Of a stretch of 64,000 nucleotides of DNA, positions 57,401-64,000 are shown one piece after another. Source of the stretch: Balanoglossus misakiensis (lineage: Eukaryota > Animalia > Hemichordata); assembly GCA_040954595.2 (NCBI GenBank), contig CM082579.2:3273127-3337126 (forward strand), given 5' to 3'. The notes under the pieces were generated by a model. It ran no database searches and was not told the origin of the DNA. It was given only the letters and a program-made list of their open reading frames with translations. Both the position numbers and the translations under genes were made by a program. How positions within the stretch are numbered: the first letter of the stretch is position 1; every line of letters starts with the position of its first letter.

Positions 57401-60400
57401 AATTTCAAAATTTGGCCGATTTTTGAAAAAATCATGGGTTATAGCTCATGAAAATCATCCAAAAATGAGAATTTTTCGACTTTGCGGAATTTCAAAATTT
57501 GGCCGATTTTTGAAAAAATCATGGGTTATAGCTCATGAAAATCATCCAAAAATGAGAATTTTTCGACTTTGCGGAATTTCAAAATTTGGCCGATTTTTGA
57601 AAAAATCATGGGTTATAGCTCATGAAAATCATCCAAAAATGAGAATTTTTCGACTTTGCGGAATTTCAAAATTTGGCCGATTTTTGAAAAAATCATGGGT
57701 TATAGCTCATGAAAATCATCCAAAAATGAGAATTTTTCGACTTTGCGGAATTTCAAAATTTGGCCGATTTTTGAAAAAATCATGGGTTATAGCTCATGAA
57801 AATCATCCAAAAATGAGAATTTTTCGACTTTGCGGAATTTCAAAATTTGGCCGATTTTTGAAAAAATCATGGGTTATAGCTAATGAAAATCATCTAAAAA
57901 TGACAATTTTCCGACTTTGCGGAATTTCAAAATTTGGCCGACTTTTGAAAAAATCATGGGTTATAGCTCATGAAAATCATCCAAAAATGAGAATTTTTCG
58001 ACTTTGCGGAATTTCAAAATTTGGCCGATTTTTGAAAAAATCATGGGTTATAGCTCATGAAAATCATCCAAAAATGAGAATTTTTCGACTTTGCGGAATT
58101 TCAAAATTTGGCCGATTTTTGAAAAAATCATGGGTTATAGCTCATGAAAATCATCCAAAAATGAGAATTTTTCGACTTTGCGGAATTTCAAAATTTGGCC
58201 GATTTTTGAAAAAATCATGGGTTATAGCTCATGAAAATCATCCAAAAATGAGAATTTTTCGACTTTGCGGAATTTCAAAATTTGGCCGATTTTTGAAAAA
58301 ATCATGGGTTATAGCTCATGAAAATCATCCAAAAATGAGAATTTTTCGACTTTGCGGAATTTCAAAATTTGGCCGATTTTTGAAAAAATCATGGGTTATA
58401 GCTCATGAAAATCATCCAAAAATGAGAATTTTTCGACTTTGCGGAATTTCAAAATTTGGCCGATTTTTGAAAAAATCATGTGTTATAGCTCATGAAAATC
58501 ATCCAAAAATGAGAATTTTTCGACTTTGCGGAATTTCAAAATTTGGCCGATTTTTGAAAAAATCATGGGTTATAGCTCATGAAAATCATCCAAAAATGAG
58601 AATATTTCGACTTTGCGGAATTTCAAAATTTGGCCGATTTTTGAAAAAATCATGGGTTATAGCTCATGAAAATCATCCAAAAATGAGAATATTTCGACTT
58701 TGCGGAATTTCAAAATTTGGCCGATTTTTGAAAAAATCATGGGTTATAGCTCATGAAAATCATCCAAAAATGAGAATTTTTCGACTTTGCGGAATTTCAA
58801 AATTTGGCCGATTTTTGAAAAAATCATGGGTTATAGCTCATGAAAATAATCCAAAAATGAGAATTTTTCGACTTTGCGGAATTTCAAAATTTGGCCGATT
58901 TTTGAAAAAATCATGGGTTATAGCTCATGAAAATCATCCAAAAATGAGAATTTTTCGACTTTGCGGAATTTCAAAATTTGGCCGATTTTTGAAAAAATCA
59001 TGGGTTATAGCTCATGAAAATCATCCAAAAATGAGAATTTTTCGACTTTGCGGAATTTCAAAATTTGGCCGATTTTTGAAAAAATCATGGGTTATAGCTC
59101 ATGAAAATCATCCAAAAATGAGAATATTTCGACTTTGCGGAATTTCAAAATTTGGCCGATTTTTGAAAAAATCATGGGTTATAGCTCATGAAAATCATCC
59201 AAAAATGAGAATTTTTCGACTTTGCGGAATTTCAAAATTTGGCCGATTTTTGAAAAAATCATGGGTTATAGCTCATGAAAATCATCCAAAAATGAGAATT
59301 TTTCGACTTTGCGGAGTTTCAAAATTTGGCCGATTTTTGAAAAAAATCATGGGTTATAGCTCATGAAAATCATCCAAAAATGAGAATTTTTCGACTTTGC
59401 GGAATTTCAAAATGTGGCCGATTTTTGAAAAAATCATGGGTTATAGCTCATGAAAATCATCCAAAAATGAGAATTTTTCGACTTTGCCGAATTTCAAAAT
59501 TTGGCCGATTTTTGAAATAATCATGGGTTATAGCTCATGAAAATCATCCAAAAATGAGAATTTTTCGACTTTGCGGAATTTCAAAATTTGGCCGATTTTT
59601 GAAAAAATCATGGGTTATAGCTCATGAAAATCATCCAAAAATGAGAATTTTTCGACTTTACGGAATTTCAAAATTTGGCCGATTTTTGAAAAAATCATGG
59701 GTTATAGCTCATGAAAATCATCCAAAAATGAGAATTTTTCGACTTTGCGGAATTTCAAAATTTGGCCGATTTTTGAAAAAATCATGGGTTATAGCTCATG
59801 AAAATCATCCAAAAATGAGAATTTTTCGACTTTGCGGAATTTCAAAATTTGGCCGATTTTTGAAAAAATCATGGGTTATAGCTCATGAAAATCATCCAAA
59901 AATGAGAATTTTTCGACTTTGCGGAATTTCAAAATTTGGCCGATTTTTGAAAAAATCATGGGTTAAAGCTCATGAAAATCATCCAAAAATGAGAATTTTT
60001 CGACTTTGCGGAATTTCAAAATTTGGCCGATTTTTGAAAAAATCATGGGTTATAGCTCATGAAAATCATCCAAAAATGAGAATTTTTCGACTTTGCGGAA
60101 TTTCAAAATTTGGCCGATTTTTGAAAAAATCATGGGTTATAGCTCATGAAAATCATCCAAAAATGAGAATTTTTCGACTTTGCGGAATTTCAAAATTTGG
60201 CCGATTTTTGAAAAAATCATGGGTTATAGCTCATGAAAATCATCCAAAAATGAGAATTTTTCGACTTTGCGGAATTTCAAAATTTGGCCGATTTTTGAAA
60301 AAAATCATGGGTTATAGCTCATGAAAATCATCCAAAAATGAGAATTTTTCGACTTTGCGGAATTTCAAAATTTGGCCGATTTTTGAAAAAAATCATGGGT

Positions 60401-63400
60401 TATAGCTCATGAAAATCATCCAAAAATGAGAATTTTTCGACTTTGCGGAATTTCAAAATTTGGCCGATTTTTGAAAAAATCATGGGTTATAGCTCATGAA
60501 AATCATCCAAAAATGAGAATTTTTCGACTTTGCGGAATTTCAAAATTTGGCCGATTTTTGAAAAAATCATGGGTTATAGCTCATGAAAATCATCCAAAAA
60601 TGAGAATTTTTCGACTTTGCGGAATTTCAAAATTTGGCCGATTTTTGAAAAAATCATGGGTTATAGCTCATGAAAATCATCCAAAAATGAGAATTTTTCG
60701 ACTTTGCGGAATTTCAAAATTTGGCCGATTTTTGAAAAAATCATGGGTTATAGCTCATGAAAATCATCCAAAAATGAGAATTTTTCGACTTTGCGGAATT
60801 TCAAAATTTGGCCGATTTTTGAAAAAATCATGGGTTATAGGCTCATGAAAATCATCCAAAAATGAGAATTTTTCGACTTTGCGGAATTTCAAAATTTGGC
60901 CGATTTTTGAAAAAAATCATGGGTTATAGCTCATGAAAATCATCCAAAAATGAGAATTTTTCGACTTTGCGGAATTTCAAAATTTGGCCGATTTTTGAAA
61001 AAATCATGGGTTATAGCTCATGAAAATCATCCAAAAATGAGAATTTTTCGACTTTGCGGAATTTCAAAACTTGGCCGATTTTTGAAAAAATCATGGGTTA
61101 TAGCTCATGAAAATCATCCAAAAATGAGAATTTTTCGACTTTGCGGAATTTCAAAACTTGGCCGATTTTTGAAAAAATCATGGGTTATAGCTCATGAAAA
61201 TCATCCAAAAATGAGAATTTTTCGACTTTGCGGAATTTCAAAATTTGGCCGATTTTTGAAAAAATCATGGGTTATAGCTCATGAAAATCATCCAAAAATG
61301 AGAATTTTTCGACTTTGCGGAATTTCAAAATTTGGCCGATTTTTGAAAAAATCATGGGTTATAGCTCATGAAAATCATCCAAAAATGAGAATTTTTCGAC
61401 TTTGCGGAATTTCAAAATTTGGCCGATTTTTGAAAAAATCATGGGTTATAGCTCATGAAAATCATCCAAAAATGAGAATTTTTCGACTTTGCGGAATTTC
61501 AAAATTTGGCCGATTTTTGAAAAAATCATGGGTTATAGCTCATGAAAATCATCCAAAAATGAGAATTTTTCGACTTTGCGGAATTTCAAAATTTGGCCGA
61601 TTTTTGAAAAAATCATGGGTTATAGCTCATGAAAATTATCCAAAAATGAGAATTTTTCGACTTTGCGGAATTTCAAAATTTGGCCGATTTTTGAAAAAAT
61701 CATGGGTTATAGCTCATGAAAATCATCCAAAAATGAGAATTTTTCGACTTTGCGGAATTTCAAAATTTGGCCGATTTTTGAAAAAATCATGGGTTATAGC
61801 TCATGAAAATCATCCAAAAATGAGAATTTTTCGACTTTGCGGAATTTCAAAATTTGGCCGATTTTTGAAAAAATCATGGGTTATAGCTCATGAAAATTAT
61901 CCAAAAATGAGAATTTTTCGACTTTGCGGAATTTCAAAATTTGGCCGATTTTTGAAAAAATCATGGGTTATAGCTCATGAAAATCATCCAAAAATGAGAA
62001 TTTTTCGACTTTGCGGAATTTCAAAATTTGGCCGATTTTTGAAAAAATCGTGGGTTATAGCTCATGAAAATCATCCAAAAATGAGAATTTTTCGACTTTG
62101 CGGAATTTCAAAATTTGGCCGATTTTTGAAAAAATCATGGGTTATAGCTCATGAAAATCATCCAAAAATGAGAATTTTTCGACTTTGCGGAATTTCAAAA
62201 TTTGGCCGATTTTTGAAAAAATCATGGGTTATAGCTCATGAAAATCATCCAAAAATGAGAATTTTTCGACTTTGCGGAATTTCAAAATTTGGCCGATTTT
62301 TGAAAAAATCATGGGTTATAGCTCATGAAAATCATCCAAAAATGAGAATTTTTCGACTTTGCGGAATTTCAAAATTTGGCCGATTTTTGAAAAAATCATG
62401 GGTTATAGCTCATGAAAATCATCCAAAAATGAGAATTTTTCGACTTTGCGGAATTTCAAAATTTGGCCGATTTTTGAAAAAATCATGGGTTATAGCTCAT
62501 GAAAATCATCCAAAAATGAGAATTTTTCGACTTTGCGGAATTTCAAAATTTGGCCGATTTTTGAAAAATCATGGGTTATAGCTCATGAAAATCATCCAAA
62601 AATGAGAATTTTTCGACTTTGCGGAATTTCAAAATTTGGCCGATTTTTGAAAAAATCATGGGTTATAGCTCATGAAAATCATCCAAAAATGAGAATTTTT
62701 CGACTTTGCGGAATTTCAAAATTTGGCCGATTTTTGAAAAAATCATGGGTTATAGCTCATGAAAATCATCCAAAAATGAGAATTTTTCGACTTTGCGGAA
62801 TTTCAAAATTTGGCCGATTTTTGAAAAAATCATGGGTTATAGCTCATGAAAATCATCCAAAAATGAGAATTTTTCGACTTTGCGGAATTTCAAAATTTGG
62901 CCGATTTTTGAAAAAATCATGGGTTATAGCTCATGAAAATCATCCAAAAATGAGAATTTTTCGACTTTGCGGAATTTCAAAATTTGGCCGATTTTTGAAA
63001 AAATCATGGGTTATAGCTCATGAAAATCATCCAAAAATGAGAATTTTTCGACTTTGCGGAATTCAAAACTTGGCCGATTTTTGAAAAAATCATGGGTTAT
63101 AGCTCATGAAAATCATCCAAAAATGAGAATTTTTCGACTTTGCGGAATTTCAAAACTTGGCCGATTTTTGAAAAAATCATGGGTTATAGCTCATGAAAAT
63201 CATCCAAAAATGAGAATTTTTCGACTTTGCGGAATTTCAAAATTTGGCCGATTTTTGAAAAAATCATGGGTTATAGCTCATGAAAATCATCCAAAAATGA
63301 GAATATTTCGACTTTGCGGAATTTCAAAATTTGGCCGATTTTTGAAAAAATCATGGGTTATAGCTCATGAAAATCATCCAAAAATGAGAATTTTTCGACT

Positions 63401-64000
63401 TTGCGGAATTTCAAAATTTGGCCGATTTTTGAAAAAATCATGGGTTATAGCTCATGAAAATCATCCAAAAATGAGAATTTTTCGACTTTGCGGAATTTCA
63501 AAATTTGGCCGATTTTTGAAAAAATCATGGGTTATAGCTCATGAAAATCATCCAAAAATGAGAATTTTTCGACTTTGCGGAATTTCAAAATTTGGCCGAT
63601 TTTTGAAAAAATCATGGGTTATAGCTCATGAAAATCATCCAAAAATGAGAATTTTTCGACTTTGCGGAATTTCAAAATTTGGCCGATTTTTGAAAAAATC
63701 ATGGGTTATAGCTCATGAAAATCATCCAAAATGAGAATTTTTCGACTTTGCGGAATTTCAAAATTTGGCCGATTTTTGAAAAAATCATGGGTTATAGCTC
63801 ATGAAAATCATCCAAAAATGAGAATTTTTCGACTTTGCGGAATTTCAAAATTTGGCCGATTTTTGAAAAAATCATGGGTTATAGCTCATGAAAATCATCC
63901 AAAAATGAGAATTTTTCGACTTTGCGGAATTTCAAAATTTGGCCGATTTTTGAAAAAATCATGGGTTATAGCTCATGAAAATCATCCAAAAATGAGAATT
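54482..64000. repeat. Homogeneous 87-bp satellite DNA array (~109 copies; continues beyond the window)
   Basis: Monomer ATGAGAATTTTTCGACTTTGCGGAATTTCAAAATTTGGCCGATTTTTGAAAAAATCATGGGTTATAGCTCATGAAAATCATCCAAAA repeated with only rare substitutions and single-base indels. Confidence 0.99.

Noticed and set aside
54507-63734. 1619-aa and other long ORFs of repeated MRIFRLCGISKFGRFLKKSWVIAHENHPK
   Set aside because: Artefact of an 87-bp (29-codon) unit lacking a stop in one frame. Variants are mostly non-synonymous and several single-base indels break the frame.
54482-64000. CRISPR-like array
   Set aside because: No unique spacers, no cas genes, and a eukaryotic spliced-gene context.

Overview
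Intron-rich, AT-rich animal genomic DNA, probably from an invertebrate deuterostome such as a hemichordate or echinoderm (inference from protein similarity; not provable here). From left to right it holds: the 3' two-thirds of a FREM2/ECM3-type Calx-beta matrix gene (+); AMDHD2 (+); VMA21 (-) head-to-head with COMMD5 (+); a LONRF E3 ligase (+); a UCHL3/UCHL1-type deubiquitinase with a 12-nt microexon (+); a full-length U2 snRNA gene (-); a divergent hydroxyacid-oxidase-family gene (+); and a small EGF/CCP gene (-). These are followed by a mosaic of repeats (~50.7-54.5 kb) and a highly homogeneous 87-bp satellite that runs off the right end. Most notable observations: (1) the U2 copy is structurally intact but has G36A in the branch-point recognition sequence (GUAAUA instead of GUAGUA); (2) the HAO-like protein has gained an N-terminal membrane-anchor exon, lacks a PTS1 and has replaced its substrate-binding residues while keeping the catalytic/FMN residues; (3) the satellite has two dyads per monomer, a 22-monomer higher-order duplication and an older A/B dimeric edge. 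Exon boundaries were read by eye from GT-AG sites and frame continuity. No database searches were run.
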